In this document: positions 49,601 through 63,700 of the stretch, in pieces
Layout of the letters: each line of letters opens with the position of its first letter
How positions within the stretch are numbered: position 1 is the stretch's first letter
Assembly (NCBI GenBank): GCA_013115125.1
Contig: JABANN010000010.1
Location: 1-64,000 of the forward strand
DNA length: 64,000 nt
DNA from: Perkinsus olseni
Lineage: Eukaryota
Reading direction: 5' to 3'
Notes under the pieces: generated by a model
The model's input: the letters and a program-made list of their open reading frames with translations, nothing else
Told to the model about the DNA's origin: nothing
Databases searched by the model: none
Position numbers and translations under genes: made by a program

Positions 49601-49662
49601 TGTTATAATGAATACGTCTGATGATGGCCAGGTATCCGAAGTTCGACGCACAACACGCCTAA
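46628..49662 (+). CDS. GARS1: Glycyl-tRNA synthetase (eukaryotic alpha2 type, N-terminal WHEP-like helix), many introns
   Basis: [81 protein letters not shown]. Confidence 0.98.
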
Positions 49663-49967
49663 GAAAGAGTATCATTTGGGTTTACGTTCAGTTCTCTTTG
49701 ATTAGTCGACATTCACTAGTAGAACCTTATGTTTCTCAACTGCGCATAGTTGTGTTGGTAGTTGAGGGCGAGTATTTGTACGGAGTACATAATACTACCT
49801 TGAGAATATCATGCCAGATAGGTGCTTGTTAATTGGTTGTCCTGTTAACATGTTAAACATACGTTAGTATGACCCTAACAAGTTTGATAAGTTTTATTAA
49901 AAATTGAGGAACTCGAAACTCGCCCACCGATTCAAATGAAACTTGTTAGTCGAATTGCTGCATGTAT

Positions 49968-52900
49968 TCAACGGTGAACTTTCTGAATCTGCGTCGGATC
50001 AAGCTTGGCTCTTTTCGCGGCCGGCTGGAACTCCCCGGACTCCTCCATCACCTCCCGCCATAAAACCGGTATCCGAGGATTTTTCTTCACTCGTCTGGCC
50101 ATGTCGTCGAAGCGCCGCACCAACTCTCTGTTATCTTGAGTGCCACCGCCCCATAGAATTCGATATACTCTACGCAAGATACCACGCAACTGGTCATCGA
50201 GAAGTGACTGCCCTCCAGTGACGATCAGTTTGGTACACTCGGTGATGACTTTGCTGTCCTCTTTGGAGACACTTCTATTGAGCAGGGACACGAACTGGTC
50301 GTTTTTTGCCTTAGTGTTCTGACCGCCGGTTGAAACTGCCACTTGTTTGAGCATCCGGTTGGTCAAGGCATTCAGATTCTCCCCGTATGCGTCTCTGCTC
50401 TTGAAGTTCGAGGTAGTGGAGGAAGTGAATCCCGCACGGCTAACGAGCTTGCTGGACTTAGCTTCATCCTTTCCACTATTGAGTGCTGCCTCCAAGAACG
50501 CATCCTTGCAGAGGCGAGCAGAGGCCGACATTGTTTCAGGAATTTGATTGAAAAACTGTGTCAAAGAGCCTATTGCCGGGCCGAACGTTTTATACACTTT
50601 CACGTGAGGCCTGAGCCATGCAGGTAATCGATGGGCCTCCCCCTGGAATCTGAAAACAACTCAGTTAGCGTGTAAATGCAGAGGCGGAAGAGTGGGGTGA
50701 CTGACCTTTCGTCGCACAGCAGTACAGCGCCAAAATCGTTCTTGTGTCGTATGATCCGCCCTACAGCCTGATTCACGGCCCGCATGGCTTCGAGGCTATA
50801 CCAGGCCCGGCCGAGTCCGGCGTGTGTACCTGGCGCATGACACACATTAGGCGTTCATTGGACTTATATACCATTTCTTATATCTTACCTGTTTCTGGAT
50901 CCTCCATGCCCCTCGCTGTATCCAAGTATTGCATTTTCAATTGTACTCTGTCATCCTTGAACATAGGGTAGGGTATCTGTAGAACATGACAAGATCGGAG
51001 AACGATATCTCGATTAGTGGGAAGTCTTACTCCTACGACCACGACTATGCGGCATTGGCGATCAGTGAGGTCCACACCTTCACAAACTTTACCACGACAA
51101 ACTGCGCAGAGTATGGCGCCCTTGCACGACTCGGAAGCTATGGCGGCTGTGTACTCCGCCAGGACTGGTCTTAGACGGGTCTGAGCACCGCGAAGTAGGC
51201 GAATTTGCCTTTCGGGACCAAACCCAAGAAGCGGAGTGATACGACATCAAGCGTCAGTTTGGCCGAGTGGTCTAAGGCGCCAGACTCAAGTTCTGGTGGA
51301 GAAATCCGCGTGGGTTCGAACCCCACAGCTGACATATTCCACCCGCTTATCTACAGCATCATTTGGCTCTTCGAAAATCCTTAGTCCTCTTTGCTGCAAT
51401 CGGTTGGTAACATCATGCGAGTCCCAGAAGTCTTTAGCAGTCCTTAGCTGCGCATAACTGCTGAAAGCAACTAGCACACCGTCCCCGCCTGACAAAAACA
51501 TATAGCACAAGGAAACACGCCCGTCCTGGTCTCACCAGCCTTGGGTGCAACGTTCGCTAATACATTGCCGAGCTCTTGCAAGTAATCATGGTTGTTCCGC
51601 GTTCTATAGCTACCGTTAAGTTTAACACTCGTTGGCCCGGCGCATACGATACCGCCCCACACTTGATCAACAGAGACGGAGGTGGCATCAGGGACAACAA
51701 CCTCTGGGGCACGGCCTGCGGCAGCCAATGAAAGATCGATTATGGCCTGGCATTGTGCTCACTAATGATGTGATCGTTCTCGAGCATCATCGGGAACTCC
51801 ACGCCCTGCAGCCCGCGCTTGAACTCGGCAAGGGGAGCGAGCGTTCCGCTCGTGACTATAAGAGAGAGAATGCCTTCGCTCGCCAGCAATTTTTTGGCCG
51901 CTACTCCTCCTGAGAAGCACCTGAAGCCCGGGTGCAAGTTGCGATTGCCCCCGTACGTTACGACTGTATTGCATGAAGAATTAAGCATCAACGAGAGGCA
52001 CCAGGCTCTGCTAAGATTCGGAAGCTGGCACACCTTAGGTGAACTGATTTCATGTGATCCGCCTGCTCTCTTATATTTTCCTCTCGACACTTCGCTGCTC
52101 GCGCATCCTTGCCTTGAGTGACGGAGAAGCGAAACACCTACGGAGATGTCTCCCAACGAGCAACAAAGGAGATTGTCTCACCTTATCCAAAAGCTCTCTA
52201 TGCTCGACGCCATTTTCGAATACTAAGTCGATGACACGCTGGAAGCTCTCAAGGAATGCACCCGAAGAGGCAGCTCCTGCATGTAATAGTTGTAGATCCG
52301 TCAGACTCAGCATTGCGCTGCTCACCAAGTGTGTTGTTATTCGAGTGCCCACCCGCATCAGCCTCAGGGGCAGTCGTGTGGAACAGGGAGATGGCCTGGA
52401 CGAGATACTGGACGCCAACAAATTCAACACCTCACTCCTTCGAGCGTTGATCGTATCCTTGTGACGGTCTGGTCAGTGATCCCAGCTTGCTCGAAAAAGT
52501 CGAGAACCGCGCTGCCCTCAGTTGCAGTGACGAGATCAGCCGACGTGAGAGCAGCTTCTAATGACATCAAGTCCTGAATGACAGAGCATCCCTTAATGGG
52601 CACTCCACGCCGTATGCGGACCTCTTTGAGACGTAGAAGGTCCTCCTCCGTGACGGGTGCGGCTGAGATGCTGTCCTCCGGAGGCTGCTCCACGTTCAGG
52701 CCAAGGATTTTCGCGGAATGGTTGCAGCGATACACCGCCTGCAATGAGGATCCTCAGCGGTGCATCCTACGATGAAGCATCCGAAAACCCATCCCCTATC
52801 TGTCTGCTCTGCGAAGTGCTTAGGCTTCCTTCGAGCCCGATCAAGCAGGCGAATGAGTGTTTTGGCTTTGCTCAGAGCAGATCGCAGATAGGGCGTCAAG

Positions 52901-54448
52901 GACTTGTACCTCGTCCAGTTCTTCAACAGCCGAGAAGATGTCAAAGTTGCCCCACTCAAAACTCGCCGATTCTTCGCAGACCGATTCTATGTTATGACCC
53001 TCGTCCACTATAACGATCGCTCCTGCGGAGATACGATTCCCAGAGTCACGAGGGAAATGCAATATTCACCTTCCAAGGCCTGGGGCCCAAGAGCCCCTCT
53101 CAGAGCTGACATGTCGAAGAGATAATTGTACGGGACAAGTACGCAGCCCAGATTGGGCCCCTCACGCGCAACCTTCCGGGCGTAGTAGAACGGGCAGTAT
53201 CCTACAAGAACAGCTGAGCTCCTGCAGCTGAGCGCGACAGGACCGACCCTTTCCTATGGCGTGCGACGCTAGCTCCTCGACATCGAGAGCTGGCGGAGGT
53301 ATCATTGAGGGCGTCTCGTTCATCTTCCATATCCGATTATAAAACGGACAGGCATTCTTGAGTATCAGACTGGGACACGATGACAGGAACGGTATTGGCT
53401 CCGGTGAGGGCGGAGTTCTCACCTTGTACACGCTGCCGTTTTCCGGCTTCCCTGAATGGCATTGATCTTGCTGTGAACGCAGTAATGCTCTCGTGAAGCT
53501 AGAGTTATGTGTTGACAGTCCTTCGCATAGCTCGTGTTCCTCAGCTCTCGCATCACCTGAGCGGTGGACTGTCATGCAAGCACTGCAATCTCGCACAGTT
53601 GAAATATTCCATAAACAGGATCAACAAAGACCAGTCGGATGCAGCGAATACGGATATTCGCTCGATTCCGAGTGTGCCCTTTCCGTTGCATGTCTGGATA
53701 CCTGCCGCAGCTGACTATGTGTCCTCGATGAATACACAATCTTTGGAGCTGCAGTCGACGCCTTGGGAGGAGGCGGGGACGGCGAACGGCGAGATTGTCG
53801 CTGGTGCTGCTCGACGATAAGCTGCTTTGAACGCCATGCCATTCCACTGACTCCTGTCGCACGGGAGGCGCACCGTCGAGCCAAATCGCAACATCCAGAT
53901 GAGTACCAATCTCCATGCTATGAGCTATCTCAGCTTGTGTCTCTGGCAGAGGGGCTTCAATCGACAATAGAGGTTTGGAGGATGACGACTGGTCGTCAGA
54001 AAGGCTCCTCCGCCAGGCTAGGGTAGCGCAGAGAAGACAAAGAGTCTTTCCTGAACGGGGGCTTCGTACCCGAGAACAGTACAATGGTACTCTCAGAGTC
54101 AACGAGAGAGGCGAAACGTCACTGACCTGTTCCAGTCGGGGATTCTAACAGGGCGTTGTGAGCTGCTGCCGAGCCGGCCTTCGGAGGATCGGAGTGGGCC
54201 GCTTGGAGAGTCTCTATGACCTAACAGGCAATTGCTATTCCGTGCAACACTAGACTAGGACGGCGGCGACCATATTTTTGATCTACCTTAGTCATATACG
54301 CTAGTTGCGGGGGATACGCTTCGAAGGGGAACTCTACAACGACGCCATTGATATCATAAGTCCTGACACCCTCGGCTGCTGTGCTTTCCGTCGACCCTGT
54401 CGAGGACGAGGATGACGACATAGGTTCAAAAACTGACTCAAGCTTCAT
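49968..54448 (-). CDS. RTEL1: XPD-family Fe-S DNA helicase (RTEL1/FANCJ-like), spliced
   Basis: [76 protein letters not shown]1 versus FANCJ not resolved. Confidence 0.85.
51253..51334 (+). tRNA. trnL-CAA: tRNA-Leu, anticodon CAA
   Basis: Acceptor GTCAGTT/AGCTGAC plus discriminator A; D arm TGGCCGAGTGGTCTAAGGC; anticodon arm CCAGA-CTCAAGT-TCTGG; long variable arm; T arm GTGGG-TTCGAAC-CCCAC. Confidence 0.97.
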
Positions 54449-54799
54449 GGTTGGGGCAGCCCATAGAAAGAATTCAACATGTTTTGCGTCAAAGGAGCGC
54501 TCAGCGCTCCACCATATACCGGCAAGGATATTAGCGACTCCGCGTCAACACGTAAATTGTAGTATCTCCGTTCCGCCCCTGAGTTGACTTCCTCGATTAC
54601 ACCCCTGGGAACCCGCAGGGTAGCTTCCTCTCTGAGTAGTCCCGTTACTCCGTCAGAATAACGGTTCGAAAAGGCTTACGAGCTTCAATCGAACGAGTTG
54701 TTAACTGGACGGCTCTGAGCAAGCGCGACAAGGCATACCGAGCGCAGAGAATAATGAGGCCGCAGCGGAAACGCAAAGAAGAAGTCCCCATCAATTAAC

Positions 54800-56341
54800 A
54801 TCATCTCTCAACAAAGCTTCCAATGATCATGAAACGCAGATATCACACCAGAAACCGAGAGCCTCAGAATGTAACCTTGTCGTGGGGATCGATCCAATTA
54901 ATAATTTGGCACTCCCCGTCATTATGGACAACCATATCGATGTCTACCCGCTTCGGCATGGGGTCTCTCTTCGCAGGCATCGGGAAGGCTGACATGCTCT
55001 CCACCTAATGTGAAACGATCGCGGCCCTCCTTCACGAGCTCGAAAGTAAAACACACCTCTACGGACTGCTGGCGGACCCAGTCCTTCAAAGACCTCCATC
55101 CCTCGAACTCGTCGTCGGACTCTGGATCATGGCCTTGGTGACCGACCACATCGTAGCCAACGTGCTTAGCGAAACTGCATGTGATAGACGGGATCCATCA
55201 ATAGCCCTTGTCCCGCAGAGACGAATACGCTTTCTTCACTGCTGGTGCAACAGCAGGACGGTACGGTGACAGCAATAAACGAACTTATGCATCACTTCAT
55301 CTCCTTCGCCAATTCAATTTTCTCCGTCCGATCTTCCTGTTTGTCTTTCAGCTTCGTCAGACCCGTCCGGCAAAGGTAGTATCCAGCACCATAGCGTTTG
55401 ATTGCCACTCGAACGTCTCGCTCCCGGAGACCATACCTTGCATGGGTATCTCGTCGGCATCACGGAGAGCTGCCTATTCCTCACCTTTCGGCGATTCGAC
55501 TGATAGTGAACCTCGCGGAATCCAACGAATGGAGAAAGAAAAGATACTCCCTGAGAGACATGACGCAGCAAGTAGCAACTATACAAACTTTACGTGTTTC
55601 TTAGCCGCTAGCGAGATCTTCCAAGGTTCCCCCGAAATCCACTACGATAAAGTGCAACGAGGAAAATTTCATCATGTGAGGGAGTTCACCGACCAGGGGT
55701 TGGTGCAAACGAGCCTCACGCTCACTTCGCCGTGAGTAAGTCACCGAGTGGCGCTTCTACGATAAGTAGCTTATTTCACCTGAACCGCGGGTCGAGCTTT
55801 CTCCATTCCGGAAGTTTTATCGGAAATACACGGGGCATGAGCCGATCAATCCCTCGGTCCTTCCAGTATCTGTAGTTCTCCGCCGTTGACAAAGTTGGAA
55901 AACTAAGCAAATACACCGCCATCAGACGAAGGAATCAGATGTCCATGTCCCACCGATTTCCGACAAAGTACGTGTAGGGCATATCCCCAAGAGCGACATT
56001 ATCTTCCTGAAAAGTCCGCAGAAGATCGTCACTGATTGATCAGCTAGGCTCGTCTACCCATAACTGGGATCCCAAGGTCGAATCCGTGAAGTCGTAGTTG
56101 ATTCTAAACTTGTGAGGCACGCTGCTGCTCGGGTCATCAGGATCGCCGCCCGGCCTCCACGTCGTCTTGAAGCCGCCCTAACGCCACGCCCTGGTTACAT
56201 AGCTTTGACTGTTCCGTTGACTACCAGCTCTTTTTGCTGGCGATTATCCATCCACTCTTTCACCACAGTTTTGGAGTCGTCGAGGAACGATGGTCGAGCG
56301 AAGGAGTCCGCATGTTCAGACATGCTTGACTTTGCCTCCAT
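54800..56341 (-). CDS. Hypothetical spliced protein; 3' end approximate
   Basis: Start MEAKSSMSEHADSFARP; internal exons such as ENYRYWKDRGIDRLMPRVFPIKLPEWRKLDPRF. Confidence 0.45.
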
Positions 56342-56549
56342 CTCCGGGTTGGTGACTGAGCCGCATATTCCAGACAGGTCAGGATAACCGCCGCTTACGG
56401 ACGTATCCCTTTCGGCCCTCTCCTTGGTGGCGTCTAGGCACACGCATCTTCTTCGAAGTCCCACCGCCGGCTCTGGCGAGGCGACATGCTGTTGGATGAA
56501 GCATTCACCCCGCAAATCAACAGATACATCACGAGACCTCCAGTTTCCC

Positions 56550-58027
56550 TCAGAGACGGAGTCCCGTAAGACGAGACCGAGGACTTCCACCGACTAACCG
56601 ACGCATGAGGGATCCATTCCTTCCAACAAGCGTCTCTCTTGAGCCCTGCGGGGCTCCTAGGCAGCCTGCTCGCTGCCCAACGCAAACACTGAGCACTCCA
56701 GATAGCTGCATTGCAGATTAACATGAATATGGACATTATCCGCGACTCATCGCTGACCGCAGGACCGAATCGATATCGCCATCTACAAGCTCCGGATAAC
56801 TGCTCGAGAACTCCTTGAAGCCCCCGCTCAGAAGGTAGACTTCGTCCCACCCCTTCTGGACCTAGCAAGGACCGCCGAACGGTCAGCGTCCAATTGGCGT
56901 TATCTGCTCTTACCATTGCCGTGACCGTATTCTTAGCCGCTCTATCGTCAATATCGTACACCACCATCACACGGGCTCGCTTCTCGTGAGCGATCGATGC
57001 AGGAATACCTCGCACCAGAGCGCCAATTCCTATCGCAGGGGACTGCGCACAAACACCGCAGCAGTACGGATACCGCGGGTTGCTCACAACTCCCTCGTGT
57101 GCTACCTTTAGAATCCCCCAGCCCTCGGGAGGTCCTGAACTTGGCCATTTCAGGTAGTATCCGGTCCCGAGCCAGTAATACGGCTGGGTAGCTGACAGCC
57201 GTTGCAATATGAGCTACATTGAAGTCTTCAGGAGCCCCTGATCATCGTTAATGAACACAGCGAGAAGTGCGAAATTACTCAGATCTAATAGAAGAACATC
57301 AGATGTGTCCACCCATCCCATAGACTCTGAGCTGATAACCGAATGCACAGTCGCACCTGAGCACGAGGCCTGTAATCCTCGCAGCCGAAGCCGGTGCAAC
57401 AGAACGGAGGCAGCGAAGAGCATGTGTGCACTATCCGTAGTGAATTCTGTGACGTACTACTTTTCTGACTCGCCCCTGTTTTATTGGTATGGCCTCTGCT
57501 GGTGGCCGTGACATCTGAGGCTGCTGGACTCCCTGAGCGAACTGACCGTTGCATCCACTTTCCACAGAGATACCTTACAGTCGGCGTTGTCCGAGGTGCC
57601 ATTGTCCGTCATGGCATACACTGACTCTATCACTTCCGACTCCCGCAGTAACCGAGCCAGCGTCCCGGGTTTTATCCCTACGAATCGACACTCAAAATCA
57701 TCCAGGCTCCACCGGTCTCTACTGTTGAAGACTTCCTGCTTTCTCGACGCGAGCTCCTTATCAGATACTAAGGTGATATTCTTAGCGGTAGCACCGGTGT
57801 CGATGTTTGACACAACCTGAAGAACCGAAAGCCAACATGTGAGAAGCAACAACCGGCTCAGCTGACTCGCAGTCTCTATTCGGGGCTAACTCGGTTATAA
57901 GCCCTACCGAAAGCATTACATGAGCATACTTGGGATTCGGTTTAACCTTCCGATCAAGGACGTTTTTCCTTCTTGGCACCAGTGGGCTGCCAGTATCTGT
58001 ATTTTTACGAGGCGCAGCAAATGACAT
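56550..58027 (-). CDS. CEP41: Centrosomal protein CEP41-like (rhodanese domain), spliced; 3' end approximate
   Basis: KVKPNPKYAH/VVSNIDTG...RKQEVF...IKPGTLARL; VLLLDL; VMVVYDIDDRAA; KGWDEVYLLSGGFKEF. Confidence 0.85.
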
Positions 58028-58783
58028 CCGAGTCGACAAAACTGAGCCAGCACTGAACGACCGTGATCCACGTAGCATTGTACGGCATTTTGGCCTCGAG
58101 CCGGAAGAACGTGACCTCAATTCAAATACCCACTCCGAAATTCAAACAGTAAAAACTCCAATTTAAGATGGTTCATTACGAAGTGGACTTTTCAACACCT
58201 CATATGTACCCCGCATGGGAATTCATGACGGCGAGATGCTCGATCCGCAAACTCCAAGACTGATAGTCGTGCGCAAGACTGTAGGGTGCTAGGCTGAAGC
58301 GATTCAGACTCAGTTTTAGTTTCAGCCTCAAATTGCGATGAGAGATTTTTTCGAATTGTGATATCTTCTATCGCGGTTTCTAAATGCGCTGTCGCCCACG
58401 GTGGACTACACAGTCAGCATCATCAACTTCTCGTTTTTTCACCACCGGGTAGTGGGACTTTTGCCGTCACTTGTCACTGTCATCGTGCTCTAACCCTAGA
58501 AACAATCTAATCAGTGTATTCTCTTCAGAGTTACTGGGAAATTCGAACAGAGAGCCGTGCACAACATAAAATACGCAATATTGTTTAGGTTCAGTACAGC
58601 TGAGTGAACTGACTCCGTCGCATCCGTATGCAAGCCGATGAGTGCGTGCTCCTCTCTGTGCGAAAGCGTCACCGGTAAGCTCTAAACCGCAACACTGGAA
58701 TCTTGAGCTAAAACGAATTATCACGCGAGACCCGTGTGCCAATGACGAGCGGCAGTTTGTTTTGTAACCGCCTGTTATCTTCT

Positions 58784-60435
58784 ATGTCGCCACCGCCCTC
58801 TTCCTCCGAGCAAGCTACTACTGCTTATCATCCCCTCCCGGAGTATAGGGAGATCGGTGACGTCAATGAGTCCACTCAGGGACGGCACAAACCTAAATCG
58901 TGCCTATGGCTTCTCTTGAAGGTAGTATACATATTTAGGGAGCTTTTTACTGAGTCAATCGCGGTCAATCCCACTTCTGGGCTCGTTCTGTCGAACTGAC
59001 ATAGCTCGTTGCTGCTTGTCGATGCGTTCTATGAGCACCCGCAGATCGTGTGCTCGCGTGTGGGAGGAATCACTGCGGCTCTCTGTGTACCTCTGGCGGT
59101 ACGTGCTTCAGATTCTTGCAGCTGTTCTGGCAGTGGGTGTACTAGTAACGGGTGTCTGGCAATTCACAATCGTCAAGCTTGGCCACTCGGGGTGCTCTGC
59201 TAAACGGATGGAGGCGTTAGAACCCGAGTTCGGAAAATTCGATCTTCTGCCGAAGGTACGGCCTTGTGGGGCAGGGACTGGGCCCGGTTCAACATGTTCT
59301 CTGCTTTTTGGTATTTGAGAAACTCGAGAAACTAAAGCACGAGCCACTGCCGTCATTCTCGCTGACATGGTGATGTCTTTCAGTCATTCGTGCTTATAGA
59401 ACAGTCTCATCGAACATACAGTGCATTGGAGGTATTCCCAACAGACGAGCAAGGAAAGATAACTGGAGGCAGTCTAGGATACTACTACAAGTACCTCCTC
59501 TTGAATTACCGCTAACTCGACTGAACTTCAATGCTGTTTCTTTGGTAGCGGCTTCGGGATTCGGCCTGGAATACCTCTCAAGCTATCGGGATTTTTACCG
59601 GTTTTTCGCGCGCCATTGGGGGGCATTATGATAGCTGCTTACGCAGGTACCATGGCCCGTGGTGGAACGTCTACGGCCTCACAGATGAGCTCGGGAATAC
59701 CCTCCTCACTGCTTCTACCGATTGGTTTTCTATTGGCAAAACTGTCAACATACACAGGTCTGTCGTCGGAAGCCGCGAAGCTTCCTGCGTCAGAGTCTAC
59801 CATTAGGTGCGACGAGTCCGCAGAGAATCCCATCTACTACAGTGCGAAGGAAACAAGTCACTGGCTCATGAATAAGTAGGCCTCTCTCAGGACGTGACGG
59901 GTATCGCCATCAGAGCTTGGTGATTGCAGAATTCGGAAGTTGTTCGGGTCATTTATTAATACGGAATACTCTTTCTATGCCATAAACAAGGAGACTGGTG
60001 AGAAGACGCTTCTCGGTCTCTCTGTCAAGCAAGGCTTTCAAGCTAAGCAACTGGTGCTAAGGTAGTGCGTGGAGGCGTGAGGGGAGAACTAGAGATAATC
60101 AAGGATAGGAAAAGGCGCCACGAGGTTCATGGGCCGGAATGGGTGAGCGCTCTGGTCGTTACAGTAGAGCAACGCATTCCGAATCCCGAAAGTTGACGCT
60201 CTTTGCGCTCAAATGCGTGGATTTTTTGCCTTTCTCCACAGAGCCCCAGACGAGTCCCAACGGAAGATGTACGATGCCGTACTGGTCTCAAGACATTGGA
60301 TGAACCAATTCGATTATTGGCTGGTGCATTGTGATGATGCTCCCGATATGCCGGAAGAAGAGCATACTGGTAGCGAGGGTTGATTCCTTGACAGGAGAGG
60401 CCGAATTCAGTTCGCAACGGTATGGTACCATCTTA
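58784..60435 (+). CDS. Hypothetical membrane-anchored protein, possibly with a Tubby/LURP/scramblase-like beta domain
   Basis: Transmembrane segment YVLQILAAVLAVGVLVTGVWQF; YGLTDELGNTLLTASTDWFSIGKTVN; GT-AG exons. Confidence 0.4.
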
Positions 60436-60760
60436 GTTCCGTCGTCGGTATTCGGGGCCGTGACGGCCGTTGGAGCATTCAGAGACGTAGAGAAAAAGGG
60501 AAAGCAATCGGCCCCGCAAGTGTAGACTGCAAATGCCGCTCTGATCTCTAATGCTCGTGAATGTACCTTTTTTCAATGGATGAAGGCGTGTTTCCTGCTA
60601 ACCTGTTCCTGGCGGATTTTGAGTTCGTACTAGTGGTCACGATTCATCTGGCTTTGTGAGTAAATTCGGCAGAACATCAGGCGATTTTTGCCCCTCTCAC
60701 CTTCAAGTTCTGTGCTCTTCACGGGGGGGGAACCTTTGAGCTCGATTGAGGCAGCCTAGC

Positions 60761-63700
60761 ATGTATTCCAGCATTGGTCTTGAATGCCACCGTATGTGAT
60801 TCTTGCGAACTGTGCTTAATTTTCAGTAGCGTGCTGAATCCGAGATGATCCCGCGGACCAGCTGCTCAGTGGTGCCCTGCAGAACTTCGCGAAGAGCGTA
60901 TCTCCAATTTAGTCGGCGGTTTTTCGCCTACGAGGACACTCCGACGTTTTGGCTCAAAGGTCACAAAAAGACTGTGTTGACCATACAGCCCATGTTTGAT
61001 CGGAATTACAGATTGGTACTCCTGGTAATCAGTGGTTAACACGGGGCAGAGAGCGAGTATCGTTTAGGCAACATGGCACGCGAAGGAGGCACTCGGGCTG
61101 GGACGTGCTGCTAAATGGGATAATTTACCAGGCGCGTTCGAACCAGAGGAAGGGTGGGACAATCGGCTCATCGCCAAAATAGAAGATGATAAGGATGTAT
61201 GAAATCTCTTCACTGTCTTGTGGATATCTCCGGCGTGGTGCGGTAGGCGCTTGACGTCCAGCGGAAAGAGCTCATGCGGGACTCCGAGGGCAACCAGTGG
61301 TTGACGGTCAAGTCAGAAGAGCAAGAGAGCGACGATGAATATGACATGGACGACCCCCTATGGGCTAACGAGGAGTATGATTTCATCGTAACATTTCGTA
61401 TTGTCATTTTCGCTGTTCTCAGAGTGCTTACACAATGGGCGCAATCCTGTGTCTGTCCACTACGACGAATCCACAGTCAGTACTATCTCCCACCGACCAG
61501 GATAGAGCAAGTTTCTGTTTGCATCGCAAGGATGCCCCCCAAGTAGGTCGGGAGCCAATCACAGACCGCTGAGAGCCATGCTGGTGAGTCACCAGTGGTG
61601 ACCTCCTATGGGCCGGCCTTGACTGGTGCTTTCCCTGCCGCTGCATTATCGGGGCGTCTGAATCGCCCAGATTCTGGATCCGCCGATTTCAGATACGTCT
61701 TCATTAATGACACTCTGACACAAAATCAGATCCAGCATCTGGAGAGATACTTTAACGCAGCCATGCAAGCCTTTAGAGCAGAGGATCAGTCGAACGCAAA
61801 ACTGCGACATCATTTGAGGTAAGGTATCACTGATGTATTCTGTCATCGCTGGAATGGTCTAGTTGGTTATGACGATCGCCTCACACGCGATAGGTCCCGA
61901 GTTCGATTCTCGGTTCCAGTATTATTTCGTTGGTTATATCTCTCAATCCACTGCGCAGGCGTGTTCCTTCTAGGCACCGTGTGGGCTTCTCGGAACAAGA
62001 CGAAATCGATCGCTATCAAGACAGAGATGCATTCTTCCGACCAGAATACGTTGAGGTCCAACATGGTCAACCCGATCCCGGAATGTCGAGCCACTTCTCG
62101 GAAACTTCCGGCCCAGAATTTAGGACTGTTCCGTGGGCATGTGTCCCCTGTCATGCACCCCTATCCATCGAAATAGATAGCTCTTTTGTCCGGTATGCTG
62201 GCCATCCCTCACAGGTTGTTGATCGACAGCGCGTCGTATTGGAAGTTTTCGCGTTGCGAGCGAAAACGGGCGCGGCCGAATGGCAGGTGCGTCGACATGG
62301 TCCTCTCGTTGCTCATCCGCTCCGCCCTGGTTGTCAGGTTCGAATAGCACGACTCGCATACATGCGCATAAATATCCCCATACAGAGTCCGAGTCATACT
62401 AAAGGGATGCAGGACATGCTTTCGAGATTTGTAGCGCCCTATCATCAGGTGAACCGGAATCTACATACCGCGATCCAAACCGGAGTCCTCGCTGGATGGT
62501 CAGGTTCCCGTCTTTCGGGACAACGTAGTGACAGATTTTTCTCAACACACGATGGACGAAACCAACGAGCTACTCAATCGGCAAGAGCGCGAGTGCAAAC
62601 GGAAGCTCGAGCAGGTGAGTTTCCAGAGTCAGCGAAAAACAGCCTTCTTGAATCAGTTGAGAATCTCACGGGAGAAGCAGCGCGCCCGGCGGCGAGAGAA
62701 GGTTACAATAGCCTTGGTCGGGTACACCAATAGTGGGAAAACAGCCTTGCTCAACAAGCTCACAGGAGCGAACAAGCGCGTTAGAGACTTGCTGTTCCAG
62801 ACTACTGGTGATGCTTAGAACAGCTGCACTGATACCCGACACCGCATGGACCCCTAGATACCACCTGGAAGAGGCTGGTCCTCCCATCTGGAGCCAGATG
62901 TCTCGTCGTAGATGGAGTTGGATTCATCAGGGACCTGCCTCACTTCCTGTAGTGGGCCTGTCCTGGTGGCTCCCTCACGGTTAATACAGGTTTGATTCAT
63001 TCTATGCAACTATCGAGGAATTGGTGGACTCGGATGTGATACTACACGTCCGCGACATGTCGAGCGAGACTACCGTCGAAGAGGTAACTCGGCGGCCGTC
63101 AACTGTTCAAGTGACAGCCGCAATTGCCGCTCGGTCAGTACGATGCTGTTATACAATCACTCAAGGGTTGTGGCTTCACGGACGAGCATATTCGGAATCG
63201 GTTAGTAGAAGTCTGGAACAAGGTCGACAAGCTTAGTGAAGTCGAGCTGCACGCGTAGGGCCATCGCTCCTTTCGGACCAGCAGTCTTCCCCAGAGCTTT
63301 AGCCGCCCAACACGAGGACGCTGAGGCAAAAGAGCCCATACTGGTGTCGGCTAAGGACGGAACCGGAATCAAGGTAGTATAGCGAGATCACGAGTGGTTC
63401 GTGGTCCGGAAACTGGCATATTCGAGGCAGGGAGGAGCCTCTCGGACACGCACGAGCCTGCGATTCTCTGGCTCCTTGCAGTCAAGAAAATTCGAGGTCA
63501 CTCGCCGTTTCCGATCAGTTGCTAACGGACCTGTTGGATGAGATTGTAAATGCCAGACTACGCACGAAGGTTATAACAGTAGACATGCCGAACGGGGACA
63601 CTAATGCGCGGATGCAGTTTCTCAACGAATACGCGGAGGCGGTGTAGTAACAGTGATCAGCTTCTTGCACGCGGAGACTCAGTTCAGATACGACCATACA

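Noticed and set aside
54590-54800. Short hairpins and GAAGTCCCC suggesting RNase MRP/P RNA
   Set aside because: No matching partner strand for the P4 helix found; may be the coding or UTR end of the adjacent gene
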